IMG/VR virus record: IMGVR_UViG_3300012167_000014
Span: 1-50,201 of that record
DNA from: a virus
Taxonomy: Duplodnaviria; Caudoviricetes
DNA length: 50,201 nt
Reading direction: 5' to 3' (one strand)
The notes under the pieces were generated by a model that did no database searches, was not told the origin of the DNA, and saw only the letters and a list, made by a program, of their open reading frames with translations. The position numbers and the translations under genes were made by a program. Shown piece after piece: positions 26,791 through 36,289 of the stretch; position 1 is the first letter of the stretch; each line of letters begins with the position of its first letter.

Positions 26791-27633
26791 CTACTTCTCC
26801 AGCAAGGTACGAACGTACGACGGGTCCATCTTCTCCACTTCCTTCATGATACCAGGATAGAACCCTGCATCGCCTGGCTTCATCGTCCAATTGATTACGG
26901 CAGGAAGGGAGAGTGCGGAACGACACTCTACGAACTCCTCGTTAGGTACGGTGAAGGCTTGGTACTCCGGCAGTCCACCCATCATGCCCGATACCTCAGG
27001 CTTGAAGAGGTAGACTTCATCGAAGTAAACTGGAATCTTCGGAGCGATCTTTCTCCCTGCTGTAACAAGGAGACGCTCGATCTTCTGTTCCTCTGTCTTC
27101 GTTACCTTGTTCATCACCTTGTACTCGACCTGCATGATATGTGCAGTCATGATGAAGTGACGAGGAAAGGAACGAAGGTTGTCGAGGATGGTAGAGATAC
27201 CACGCATCTCTGCCTTGTAGTCTTGCATCTCAGGCATGTCCAAGACGCCCTTCTTCATCTTGTCCGATCGACCCTGTCCACCCTTGTTGAGTACGATCGA
27301 GTAGTCAATGGTCATATCGGCAAGCATAGAGAGTCCATCCAGGATGATAGCCCAGAACTGATCGGGATGATCCAGGAGCCAACAAGTCTTGTCGTAGAGC
27401 TTCTCGAAGTCATGAGGACCATACGAGTCAGCTTGGATCAATCCCTTCGGAAGGTCTGGGAACATCTTCACGATGGGACGCATACGACCATCGTTGTCGA
27501 AGATGTACACCCGTTCGCCAGGAGGGCACAGACGTGCGATACTCGCGGCAGCAACCGTCTTTCCTCCTCCGCTACGTCCTACGTGCAGCCCCTTGATTCT
27601 GGTAGCGGGCTTGACTTCACTAAGGTCGTACAT
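26791..27633 (-). CDS. AAA_24/Sak4-like P-loop ATPase (recombination)
   Basis: GRSGGGKT Walker A, IILDGLS Walker B, MTAH, YFDEVY. Confidence 0.8.
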   Translation of the reverse strand: MYDLSEVKPATRIKGLHVGRSGGGKTVAAASIARLCPPGERVYIFDNDGRMRPIVKMFPDLPKGLIQADSYGPHDFEKLYDKTCWLLDHPDQFWAIILDGLSMLADMTIDYSIVLNKGGQGRSDKMKKGVLDMPEMQDYKAEMRGISTILDNLRSFPRHFIMTAHIMQVEYKVMNKVTKTEEQKIERLLVTAGRKIAPKIPVYFDEVYLFKPEVSGMMGGLPEYQAFTVPNEEFVECRSALSLPAVINWTMKPGDAGFYPGIMKEVEKMDPSYVRTLLEK

Positions 27634-28496
27634 TACACGCCCCTCTCAAAGATAGAAACATTCCGCTTCTTCTGAATGAAGTTATCATTCAGGAATCTCT
27701 CCCTGTCCACAGGAGACTGCATGCATACATCGGCGAACCAACATCCACCGAAGTCTCCACACTTTGTGAAGTCAGGTGGGAAATGATCCTCCTTGATGCA
27801 AGCATCAATGAACTGGGCTCTATAGACTGTCCAGCCTACCCAGTGCTCGAGAACCGCCTTAGGATAGGGAAAGAAGTCTCGTGTGAACTTCTTCTCAGGG
27901 GGAAGTGAAGTCTGGAAGCCCACGTTATTTCTCATGGACCTATTAGTCCCAGAGAGATGAGCATAGGCCATGAACTGATTACTGAGGGCGATTGGGTTGT
28001 TGTCGTTACGCGAACGTGTCTTGTGGTCAGTCCAGATACGATGACCTTGTTGGTTCTCGAAGATGATGTCCACGATTAGTTGGAATAGGACGCGTAGGCC
28101 CTCACCCTCATCCGAGTCAGGACGCTCATAGATGGGAATGACCATCGCTTGCTCTACTGCTACGGGTAGATAGTTGTCGTTCTGCCAATAGAGGCAGTAA
28201 TCTCGAAAGGTGGAGATAACGATGTCCTCACTCTCGATCACGTCGAGATCCATCGTTACCACTCGCTGCCTGCCAAGCATGATGGCTTTCTCGATCATCT
28301 CGAGATGCTTGAGACGTTCCTCCACAGGCTTCATCTTCTCACGGTAGTACTCCGCGAGCATGATGTGCATGAGATCCCCCTTCTCGAGGAAGGCGGGCTT
28401 AGTTGGCGGAGCAGCCTCGACGAGCTTATCGTAGAGGTATTTCGTCATACATGATGAGAGGTTGAGCGAGTTGGGAGACGTCAAGAGAGTCTTCAA
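27633..28496 (-). CDS. PD-(D/E)XK exonuclease (RecB/Cas4-like)
   Basis: KGDLMH, VE, VDII, DHKT, QFMAY, C-terminal C..C..C cluster. Confidence 0.8.
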   Translation of the reverse strand: MKTLLTSPNSLNLSSCMTKYLYDKLVEAAPPTKPAFLEKGDLMHIMLAEYYREKMKPVEERLKHLEMIEKAIMLGRQRVVTMDLDVIESEDIVISTFRDYCLYWQNDNYLPVAVEQAMVIPIYERPDSDEGEGLRVLFQLIVDIIFENQQGHRIWTDHKTRSRNDNNPIALSNQFMAYAHLSGTNRSMRNNVGFQTSLPPEKKFTRDFFPYPKAVLEHWVGWTVYRAQFIDACIKEDHFPPDFTKCGDFGGCWFADVCMQSPVDRERFLNDNFIQKKRNVSIFERGV

Positions 28497-28852
28497 TTGT
28501 CCCTTGCCTTCTGCCTACTCTCACGTGCCATCTGTTCACCCTGTACGATCTGAGTGTTGAGATCCCACATGGAGATCGCATTCTCTAGAAAGTGGCCAAG
28601 AGAGAATCCTTCAGCCTTATGCTGCCGAGCGATAAGGAGAAAGATACCAGCCTTCCCTTGTGGAGAAAATTCGTATTCAGCAGTCTGGAGTACATCCAGA
28701 AGTACATTCGTTTTCTCAACGATAGCTTCTGGAGTAATGTCAACTAGCTCCTGTTCTACCTGTAAGACGTGCTCTGTTCCACACTTCACACATCGACCAT
28801 GAGTGTCAACTTCGACAATCATGTTGCAGTTGGGACAGGCATTAACTTTCAT
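28493..28852 (-). CDS. Zinc-ribbon hypothetical protein
   Basis: CPNC..CVKC; AAGGAGG SD. Confidence 0.6.
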   Translation of the reverse strand: MKVNACPNCNMIVEVDTHGRCVKCGTEHVLQVEQELVDITPEAIVEKTNVLLDVLQTAEYEFSPQGKAGIFLLIARQHKAEGFSLGHFLENAISMWDLNTQIVQGEQMARESRQKARDN

Positions 28853-28897
28853 CTCGGCCTCCTTGGTGAACCCGCTGTGCAAGCTGGCCCCCAACAG

Positions 28898-29116
28898 TTA
28901 ATTGATGTCTTTCTCCGTGAGCGTTTGCGCCTCGATCCACTTCTTGAACCAGGGGACCATTTGCGTGTTCGACGTGCAGACGAGCTTCGCATCCCCTTTC
29001 TTGTCGATGATATAGACATCAATGAGACTTGTCCCACTCAAGTACCTCGTAAAGACGTGGAACTTCTTCATACGCTTGGGCTCAGGTTGGAATAAGGAAG
29101 CGAGCCACTTATACAT
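28898..29116 (-). CDS. Hypothetical protein
   Basis: 72-aa ORF in the early operon, coupled to its neighbour. Confidence 0.5.
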   Translation of the reverse strand: MYKWLASLFQPEPKRMKKFHVFTRYLSGTSLIDVYIIDKKGDAKLVCTSNTQMVPWFKKWIEAQTLTEKDIN

Positions 29117-29447
29117 AACGGAGAACTTCTCTGATCTCGGCGAAGATCTTGGAACCTTCTTCGTCGTTACGGATGATGGACTCGAGGAGCTTCTTCATCT
29201 TGAGGTTATCCCTCTCGAGATTCTTCCTCGCGGCGTCCCACTGAGCACGCTCTGCATGATAGTCTGAGGCAGAGACTGGAGTGGAACCGGCAAAGAAGGT
29301 GTCAGGCCGCTTCTTCACCTTCAAGTAAGCTGCCATCGGAGGCTCTACTTCCTCATGAGGAGTACGAGGAGCAGGACTTCCTTGAATTCCTCGAAGTCCT
29401 TGAAGTCCTTCTGGAAAGTAGACTAGACCACAATGATCACACTTCAT
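29109..29447 (-). CDS. Hypothetical protein
   Basis: 112 aa; short GLQGLRGIQG stretch. Confidence 0.55.
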   Translation of the reverse strand: MKCDHCGLVYFPEGLQGLRGIQGSPAPRTPHEEVEPPMAAYLKVKKRPDTFFAGSTPVSASDYHAERAQWDAARKNLERDNLKMKKLLESIIRNDEEGSKIFAEIREVLRYV

Positions 29448-29740
29448 CTTTCACTCTCCTCATGAATTTCTAATCCAGATTTCATTTCTTCTGTCACTGG
29501 ACCTTGAAGCTTAATACTTGAACCAGATTCGAATACGATATGAGACTGTTCAAGGCTTTTCTTGAGTCTTTCTCTCCTCTGAGTTTGCTCTCTAGCCCTC
29601 ATTTCCTTTTGGTGGATGAGGTACTTCTTACGTCGCTTACTCTTGATACTGCGAGTAGCTTCGATCATCTGAAGGACAGAGGCACGCGCACGTACCCCCG
29701 TCCCATGCCCTGTGGAGCAGAGCTTGGACTTGTTCTTCAT
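29444..29740 (-). CDS. Basic hypothetical protein
   Basis: ATGA-coupled at both ends. Confidence 0.5.
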   Translation of the reverse strand: MKNKSKLCSTGHGTGVRARASVLQMIEATRSIKSKRRKKYLIHQKEMRAREQTQRRERLKKSLEQSHIVFESGSSIKLQGPVTEEMKSGLEIHEESER

Positions 29741-30189
29741 TTGGTTCTCCGATGCACATCGCGGGGTTGACCGCACCAGTACGGGCTATGCCCTTGCCCC
29801 GTAACGAAGTGACATCTGTCCGCTCCAACGCTGCACTCTACGAACTCATGTCCAAGCGGCAGCTTCTCGGGCTCCGATTCGCCGAGGGCGCGGCGAGCGG
29901 CATAGTGGTCCTGCATGTCCGAAAGGACTGGGCGACAACACCGATCCCAGCCAAGTTCCGCCTGACCACCCTTGGCAAAGTCGGGTGAGCCGGAACAGAA
30001 AATCAGGGCTTCGTGCATTCGGTCCAACAGTTCCAGCGCCTCCCGCCGCGCCTCCGCCTGGAGCTTCACGCGGTAGGCCGCGATGAACTCGGCCACCCGA
30101 GAAGTGGGATACCAAGGTCGGTCGGTGGCAGCGTTGATGGCCTTCGCCACTTCCCGGTCATCCTCGTTCGGCTCGACTCGCTCGGTCAT
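29737..30189 (-). CDS. Hypothetical protein (GC-rich cassette)
   Basis: GGGAGAG SD within a 15-bp repeat, ATG 30189. Confidence 0.55.
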   Translation of the reverse strand: MTERVEPNEDDREVAKAINAATDRPWYPTSRVAEFIAAYRVKLQAEARREALELLDRMHEALIFCSGSPDFAKGGQAELGWDRCCRPVLSDMQDHYAARRALGESEPEKLPLGHEFVECSVGADRCHFVTGQGHSPYWCGQPRDVHRRTK

Positions 30190-30485
30190 GGCTTCTCTCC
30201 CACTGAAATAATCAGTCTCTCGTCGCATTCAGCCGTACCGCCGACGCGCTCACAGCGCCACCGACCGCAGAAGTTGCAGACCTCCCGGCCCTGAGCGTCT
30301 CGGAAGACCGTATCGCTTCCCTTGTCTCCCGACGAGCACTCCGGGCACCTGACCACGGCCAGCGTTGCGGTTGGTGGGTCGTACGTGTCACGCATCGCGT
30401 TGGAGCACCGGCGATGACAGCGAGGACAGTACAGGTGGATCTTCCCTGCGCGATGCTTGTTGAACCCGACGTACTCCAGGCTCAC
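30186..30485 (-). CDS. Cys-rich hypothetical protein (three CxxC)
   Basis: CPRC, CPEC, CNFC; GTGA/ATGA coupling. Confidence 0.55.
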   Translation of the reverse strand: MSLEYVGFNKHRAGKIHLYCPRCHRRCSNAMRDTYDPPTATLAVVRCPECSSGDKGSDTVFRDAQGREVCNFCGRWRCERVGGTAECDERLIISVGEKP

Positions 30486-30808
30486 CCTTTCTCTCCCACT
30501 GAAGGGGCCGCATGGGCGGCATAGTGCTCGTCCAAAATCGCCAGCGCCTTCTTGAGCAACGGTCGGAGATCACGCTTGCCCCAGAACGTGACCGCGCTGG
30601 AGTCGTCGTCGCCGGGACGGTGAATGAAGGGGCCGCGCACTGTCTCGGTGGGACCGTCGCTGCCGTCTGGATTGCCCGGAGTGCGGCGCGGAATCGTCGC
30701 CGGGAGTTCAAGGTAGAACCGCACCGCCGTGAAGGTCAGGCCGTCGATTTCCTTGGAGATGATCTCCACGCGCTCCGTCATCTCCTCGGCGTAAATGTTG
30801 ACTCTCAT
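30482..30808 (-). CDS. Phage hypothetical protein (MRVNIYAEE...DDDSSAVTFWG)
   Basis: AGGAGGAG SD before ATG 30808. Confidence 0.65.
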   Translation of the reverse strand: MRVNIYAEEMTERVEIISKEIDGLTFTAVRFYLELPATIPRRTPGNPDGSDGPTETVRGPFIHRPGDDDSSAVTFWGKRDLRPLLKKALAILDEHYAAHAAPSVGEKG

Positions 30809-31051
30809 TTCTCCTCCTGATCGGCGTGCTCTTGAGGGGCGGCGCGGGCTAGGCAGCGCGACCAAATTGTCCCCTTCGTTCGGCTCTGGATCACTCATCG
30901 CTTGTACTCATCGACCGGAGCGAACTGGAAGAATCTGTACTCACGGATTCGATACTCCTTGTCACTCTCATCCCAGAGAAGGACAAAGACGTCGTTAGCA
31001 TCGAACAGGAGATAGTAGTTGTCCGTCTCGAGGAACTCCATCGTGCAGGTG

Positions 31052-31225
31052 TCAGGCATTGACGCTCTGCTTGGCCTTGAGGATGGCCCTATCGTACGCA
31101 CGGCCAAGAGGACCGTGCATGAGTTCCCTTCGGAGCTCTCGGTTGTATTTGGAGATCTTCTTCATCCAAGCTCGTCGCTCACGAAGGGCACGGCGGACTT
31201 TACGGTAGAGGTCTTTTCCTTTCAT
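31052..31225 (-). CDS. Small basic hypothetical protein
   Basis: MKGKDLYRKVRRALRERR..., coupled to its neighbour. Confidence 0.45.
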   Translation of the reverse strand: MKGKDLYRKVRRALRERRAWMKKISKYNRELRRELMHGPLGRAYDRAILKAKQSVNA

Positions 31226-31512
31226 ACATCCTTCCGATAGATAGACAGGGGGGAAACGAGCTTGAGGTCCTTGGTTTCCACCAAGAACCAATCCTTCTTC
31301 CTGCCTATTCCATCCTCGAGAAACTCGAACCTCTCATTGGAATCGAAGGCGACTCCAGCAGCCTTGAAAGCTCCGTTGTCCACGAGACAGACAGGGAAGG
31401 CATCGAGGTTGGAATAGTCCCAATCCCTCACGTCCTTCTCACTGATCTGGATTCCTTCCTTCTTGAGCCAGTCTTCCTTGCTCATATCCGGAGGATTGAC
31501 ATAGCAGCCCAG
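31222..31512 (-). CDS. Hypothetical protein (GCYVNPPDMSKEDWL...VCLVDNGAFKAAGVAF); start codon uncertain
   Basis: Globular-looking ORF; the codon following an AGGAAG SD is CTG. Confidence 0.5.
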   Translation of the reverse strand: MGCYVNPPDMSKEDWLKKEGIQISEKDVRDWDYSNLDAFPVCLVDNGAFKAAGVAFDSNERFEFLEDGIGRKKDWFLVETKDLKLVSPLSIYRKDV

Positions 31513-31513
31513 G

Positions 31514-31669
31514 TTAGACTTCCTTTCTAAAAAAGATAACAACATCACTAACGTCGAACTCGACTTGATCCAGATAGGCCTTAGCCATATCGAGACCTTC
31601 ACTCATCGTCTTACATTCCTTGTTGAATGTAATCTGTTGACGCGGAAACATGAGCACAATCTTCAACAT
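31514..31669 (-). CDS. Small hypothetical protein
   Basis: GGAGGT SD; a palindrome copy lies immediately upstream. Confidence 0.5.
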   Translation of the reverse strand: MLKIVLMFPRQQITFNKECKTMSEGLDMAKAYLDQVEFDVSDVVIFFRKEV

Positions 31670-31685
31670 GACATACCTCCCTTGG

Positions 31686-31702
31686 TGTTCAGACTCTGAA
31701 CA
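31686..31702. promoter_or_regulatory. 17-bp palindrome TGTTCAGACTCTGAACA
   Basis: Intergenic, after the SNF2 helicase stop. Confidence 0.75.
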
Positions 31703-31713
31703 GGAAACTCTAC

Positions 31714-33639
31714 CTATGGACGCCACCTCGCTCTTCCCTCGGTCACGAGCTTATTCATCATCTCAGCCATGACCTCGTTCTCTGTCAAGGCTACCCACTT
31801 CCCGTCCACCGTTGCGAGGTATCCCCTCTTACGCTCTACGATCTCGGTGAGGATCTCATCGACGGTTCCGAGAGCAATTGGGTACACGATGTTGACAGAT
31901 TGGGCAGTCGAACCAGGACGGGGGAACCTGGCCTCAGCCTGTTCCTCATTGGGGGGATTCCACTGACGTTCGTGGAGTACGGCGTCGGCACAGAATTGGA
32001 AGTTCTTCCCTTCCCCTGAGGCGAGTGTGGATGCGACGAGTACCCTACGCAGCGGATTGGTCTTGAACTCGTTCTCTATCTCTGCTGACTTGTCACCTGA
32101 GATACCTCCGAGGAGTCTGATAGTCGGAGCCAACCCTCTCTGCTTGAGTTCCTCGTCCAATCGACTCTGGATGAGAGTCCCCACAGCGACGTGGTGTACG
32201 AAGATAACGATCTTGGGCTTGGCGATGATCTTCAAGTCACCGTCTTCCAAGAGGAGCTTCTCTTCGTCATGTTCGTCGATCCAGTCAAGTACGTGCTCTA
32301 CGGTCGTCTCGACCTTGGCAATCCCTACGATCTGCCGTAGGCGCATGATGCTCTGTCCAACAGCTTGTTTGGCCTCAAACTTCGCCTGGCCAGTGACAGC
32401 TTCCGACTCATCGTATGCATCGAGGAAGGTGGACATCTCCTTGCGGTATGCTTCCTCGTCCTCATCCGTGAGAGCTGCGAAACGGTTCTGCCTGAAGATA
32501 CGCGGCAGATCAGGCATTACGTCTTCGCGCTTGTAGTCTACTGTGTAAGGCTTGGTGATCCTGGTGAATTTCTCATATGTCTTCTCCAGTAGCCCACCAA
32601 CGCGCAACCTACCCTGGTCGTCGTGGTAGTAATGCACGTATTCGTCGAAGAAGCGTTGACGGACACCGAAGTTGAGCGGATCGATGATGTTGAGAACGTT
32701 AAAGTATTCTCCAAAGTTGTTCTTGATGGGCTTACCAGAGAGTGCGATGAAGTGCTTCGCACGCTTCGCAAGCTCCTGCACCATCCTTGTACGCTGTGCA
32801 TCAGGGTTCTTGATGTGCTGAACCTCGTCGAAGATGACCGTCTTCGGTGCATACGAATCTAGCCACTTCAAACGCCTCAGTAAGTCCATAGAGACGATGA
32901 TGGCCTTGAACCCCTTCTCGGGACGCTCACGTGCAGTCATGATGATCTGTACTGGTTGGTTCGTCCACTCCAACCACTCCATCGCCCACTGTGTCGTCAT
33001 GGACGCCTTACACACAATGAGGATAGGCGAGAGCTCTTTGGAATACTTGAGCCCAAGCATTGCGCTAACGATCGTCTTCCCCAGTCCCATATCGAGCCTA
33101 ATGAGCGCTCGGAAACCCGCCTTAACGACCTTCTTGCAGGTTGTCTTCTGGTAAGGGAAAGGACGCTTATGGTGGAAGGATACGATGTCGTCGAACGAAC
33201 GAACGCTCTCAAGCTCGTTCGATACGAGATGCCCACATACAAGCGTGGTCACCTTCATCTTCACGAGCTTCATGTTTTCACCGTCCTCTTTAGGGACAGT
33301 GACAGTGATGTGGGATTCCTCAACTGCGGGCTTGCCGCACTCCTCACATTTGAGCTTGAGGATCGAGGTCTTCGCCTTGATGGGGGTTACTTCGATGATG
33401 GGTTGAGCAGGTGCTTCGGGCTTGTACTCGAATGGAGCCTTGAAGTCCTGTATGATCTCCTTGGCACTCATCCGATGCACTTGGACAACGACAGGCTCGG
33501 GCCAGAGCTTCTGGATGGCCTCATCCATGATAGCTCTAGTGGTAACGTCGAGTGGCTTAGGCTCCTCAACGAGCTTGGAAGAACGAGGGGCTCCCCCTTC
33601 GTCCTCCCAAGTCATCAAGTCTTTCCTGGTGTAATGCAT
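31714..33639 (-). CDS. SNF2-family (SF2) helicase
   Basis: DMGLGKT, FDEVQHIKN, LSGKPIKN, GEGKNFQ, WNPPNEEQAEARFPRPG. Confidence 0.9.
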   Translation of the reverse strand: MHYTRKDLMTWEDEGGAPRSSKLVEEPKPLDVTTRAIMDEAIQKLWPEPVVVQVHRMSAKEIIQDFKAPFEYKPEAPAQPIIEVTPIKAKTSILKLKCEECGKPAVEESHITVTVPKEDGENMKLVKMKVTTLVCGHLVSNELESVRSFDDIVSFHHKRPFPYQKTTCKKVVKAGFRALIRLDMGLGKTIVSAMLGLKYSKELSPILIVCKASMTTQWAMEWLEWTNQPVQIIMTARERPEKGFKAIIVSMDLLRRLKWLDSYAPKTVIFDEVQHIKNPDAQRTRMVQELAKRAKHFIALSGKPIKNNFGEYFNVLNIIDPLNFGVRQRFFDEYVHYYHDDQGRLRVGGLLEKTYEKFTRITKPYTVDYKREDVMPDLPRIFRQNRFAALTDEDEEAYRKEMSTFLDAYDESEAVTGQAKFEAKQAVGQSIMRLRQIVGIAKVETTVEHVLDWIDEHDEEKLLLEDGDLKIIAKPKIVIFVHHVAVGTLIQSRLDEELKQRGLAPTIRLLGGISGDKSAEIENEFKTNPLRRVLVASTLASGEGKNFQFCADAVLHERQWNPPNEEQAEARFPRPGSTAQSVNIVYPIALGTVDEILTEIVERKRGYLATVDGKWVALTENEVMAEMMNKLVTEGRARWRP

Positions 33640-33641
33640 AA

Positions 33642-34310
33642 CTACTCGGTGGGCTCAGGCGGGACAACGCCCGTCTCGAGAACCTCGGCAGCTGCCAAGC
33701 GATCCTCGATCTTCTTCATCCGCTTCTCAGCCTTCTCGCGGGTGATGCCGTACATCTTCATGACGGTTTCGATCGCGTCCGCTCCGAGTCCAGTACCTGG
33801 ACTCTTTCGAGCTTTCTTCGGAGCCGATGGGTCAACTTCCTTCGGCGTGGCCTTCGGTTTGTACGACATCTCCCTGAGCTTCAGTGCATCCCGTTGTTCC
33901 TTCTTCAGGGTGATGCGACGTTCCTCCAGGGTCTTCTTGGCAGCCTGAGTTGCCACCTTGATACGAATGGAGGCTTGCCTGAGCCGCTCGATATGGTCCA
34001 CGAGGGTTTCAGGGTCCATCTTCACTACGACGTTTGCCGAGCGAACAAAGAGCTTCATGTATTCCTCAGGCGTGAGGTCTGGCTCCTGTCCACTGACTTT
34101 GAGACCATCTTCCATCGCGTTACCTAGCTTTCCTTGACACCCGCCACACGTTGGCAGGTCAAAAGGCAACCACTCGATCCCTCTTTCGAGAGAAGTGAGT
34201 CCACCACAAAGGGATCTGAAACCGTTAGCCCACTCTGTGAGGACATGAATCCGACCCTCAAGGCCCTTGGCACCGTCAACCCTACCGACTCTGAAGGGTT
34301 CTTGTGACAT
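33642..34310 (-). CDS. Hypothetical protein
   Basis: 222-aa ORF in the early operon. Confidence 0.65.
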   Translation of the reverse strand: MSQEPFRVGRVDGAKGLEGRIHVLTEWANGFRSLCGGLTSLERGIEWLPFDLPTCGGCQGKLGNAMEDGLKVSGQEPDLTPEEYMKLFVRSANVVVKMDPETLVDHIERLRQASIRIKVATQAAKKTLEERRITLKKEQRDALKLREMSYKPKATPKEVDPSAPKKARKSPGTGLGADAIETVMKMYGITREKAEKRMKKIEDRLAAAEVLETGVVPPEPTE

Positions 34311-34569
34311 TGTCCACTACCTGTGCACCGTGGGCCTCTGCACACCGAAGTGCTTCAGTCCTGGCACGCTCACGGATCTGCTTGAACCGCTTGAGACGCT
34401 CGTTACGCGCGTCCTCAGCCTCACCCTCCGGTGTGGACTTCTTGAACCACCAGAAGGCATACGCTGTGATGCGCTTGTAGACCCTCACGGCTTTCCTCGT
34501 AGTGTTGAGGACAGTGTTCGACCCGTGAAAGGTCTTCTTCGACGTTCGCTTCTTGTCTGTGTTTGCCAT
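34282..34569 (-). CDS. Basic hypothetical protein
   Basis: TAATG coupling. Confidence 0.5.
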   Translation of the reverse strand: MANTDKKRTSKKTFHGSNTVLNTTRKAVRVYKRITAYAFWWFKKSTPEGEAEDARNERLKRFKQIRERARTEALRCAEAHGAQVVDNVTRTLQSR

Positions 34570-35036
34570 TAGCCTTTCTCGGGAGTGGATGTACGGTCCT
34601 GTTCAGACTCTGAACGGATAAGGTCACGAATTACGTCATTTTGAATCTCATCCAGCGTCTTAGGCTTTGGACGAGCTTCCATCTCTTTCTCATATTCCTC
34701 TTCGACTGCGTCTTTCGCTTCTCTTGGAGGAAGTAAAGCAAAGATGCCCTTAAGTGAGATATCTTTCGCTACTGGCGAGAGTCGAGCATCTAAATTGGCT
34801 TGAACCTGCTCTTCACAACGCCCACAACGAATCTTTGCCATCAAGAGATCCTTCCCCGTGATGACAAACTCGTTTCCACAAGTATCATAAAAGCAGCGAA
34901 CCGTTCGCCCAATCATGAGTTCCTTGTTGTAGATACAGTTAGGACAGTCGAGGCACTTCCAGAGCTCTGTGCCTTTCTTGGTCGTCATCCTTCGGTATCG
35001 GTGATGTTCGCACCGAGCACCCTTCTTTAACGTCAT
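34569..35036 (-). CDS. Cys/His-rich (zinc-binding) hypothetical protein
   Basis: CEHH, CLDCPNC, CFYDTC, CGRC. Confidence 0.65.
   Translation of the reverse strand: MTLKKGARCEHHRYRRMTTKKGTELWKCLDCPNCIYNKELMIGRTVRCFYDTCGNEFVITGKDLLMAKIRCGRCEEQVQANLDARLSPVAKDISLKGIFALLPPREAKDAVEEEYEKEMEARPKPKTLDEIQNDVIRDLIRSESEQDRTSTPEKG
34600..34616. promoter_or_regulatory. 17-bp palindrome TGTTCAGACTCTGAACG
   Basis: Inside the 3' end of ORF 34569..35036. Confidence 0.7.
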
Positions 35037-35235
35037 TAGCTCTCTCCCGTCCTTTCTAGCTTGGAGACACTCGCTGGAGTCTCCAAGATGGAAACTACGA
35101 GGGGACCTTCGGGTTTTCCACGCTGTCCCAGTACTGCCGAATCTCCTCAGCAGCGTTGGCCAGGTGCTTCCAGCCCTCTCTCAGGAAGGCGTCCCGCGTC
35201 TCTTCCCAGAACTTGGTCATCATATCTAGCTCTCC

Positions 35236-35532
35236 TTAGTTTGAGCGGATTCCCTGAGCTTCATGGAGGATGGCAACGGCCTCAGAGAGACTACACTGTG
35301 CTCTCTCCCTAATTCGTGTCACGCATGAGATTGAGCCCTTTTCGTTGTAGATCTTCACCTCCTCTGCTTCGAGCTTGTGGGATGCAACCAGGGGCTTCTT
35401 GAATCCCTTACGCTGAGGACATCCATCGACATTGTGAGCACGATGTGCCTTTGTGTAGGTCTCAGGTGTCATCGACATGATCTCTTCCTGAGTGTCAGGG
35501 AAGCTCATGCCGCACAACGGACAGTTGACCAT
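35236..35532 (-). CDS. Zinc-knuckle protein with C-terminal ribosomal bL12 CTD-like motif
   Basis: CPLCG at the N-terminus; ISCVTRIRERAQCSLSEAVAIL resembles the I.AIK..RE.TG.GL.EAK motif. Confidence 0.5.
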   Translation of the reverse strand: MVNCPLCGMSFPDTQEEIMSMTPETYTKAHRAHNVDGCPQRKGFKKPLVASHKLEAEEVKIYNEKGSISCVTRIRERAQCSLSEAVAILHEAQGIRSN

Positions 35533-35825
35533 TAGCTCTCCTTCACTACGCCGATGATCAGCTCGACGCTCGTCGTCTTCGGGGTCAATCCCCACTTCAG
35601 GAAGAAGTAGGCGAGGTCGTGGGCAAGCTGCATCTCTGCCGCCATCGCTGTGGCTACTTCCCTATCAGAGAGGTTACCATCCTTCGCGAGGAGGTTGAGA
35701 GCGGTTGAAACGAGTACGATCGTCACAGCTCGCTGTTCCTGTGAGCGCATACCCACGGGGGTCTTCAGGATAGGCTTCCCAAGCCTACCAATGAGGTCGA
35801 GTGCTGCTCTGGTATCGGGGCTCAT
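35532..35825 (-). CDS. Hypothetical protein
   Basis: 97 aa, coupled on both sides. Confidence 0.55.
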   Translation of the reverse strand: MSPDTRAALDLIGRLGKPILKTPVGMRSQEQRAVTIVLVSTALNLLAKDGNLSDREVATAMAAEMQLAHDLAYFFLKWGLTPKTTSVELIIGVVKES

Positions 35826-36166
35826 GAGTTCAGCTCCAAGCCCTCATCATGATCCCGATCCACTCGTGTACTGATACGAGCGCCAGGAAGACGGCGGTAG
35901 ACCCCATTCCAGGGAGAAAAGCCCTTTCGCAGATACCACTTCTCCAGTTGTTCATAGGAGAGCCCATTGGAAGGACTAATCTCGAGGAAGAGCGTGATGT
36001 TATCCTTATCGGCATCTGCAAGGATCGAGTCCAAAAGCCTTGACCCTACACCCTTGCCACGGCTTGCGATAGGGACGTTGATCCTTGTGAGGATCATCCC
36101 GTGACCATAGTAGTCACAGAGGTCCGCTGTCGAGTTCGACTCACGGTCATAGTAGTAGCTCTTCAC
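35822..36166 (-). CDS. GNAT-family acetyltransferase
   Basis: INVPIASRGKGVGSRLL acetyl-CoA motif A, WYLRKGF; AAAGGA SD. Confidence 0.85.
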   Translation of the reverse strand: MKSYYYDRESNSTADLCDYYGHGMILTRINVPIASRGKGVGSRLLDSILADADKDNITLFLEISPSNGLSYEQLEKWYLRKGFSPWNGVYRRLPGARISTRVDRDHDEGLELNS

Positions 36167-36289
36167 ACTATCCTTTCTTAGCGAGAAGGGTTGAAACCAG
36201 GGAAAAACCCGTATGCGCCCAAGGGGTCACCCTGCATTCCCCCTGCAGAACCCGGGCTATCCCCCTGCATTCTGCAGGCGCCCCTCTTT

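Noticed and set aside
27633-28496. Cas4-like nuclease as evidence of a CRISPR system
   Set aside because: It sits in a standard nuclease-AAA-SSB recombination module; no array or other cas genes are present.
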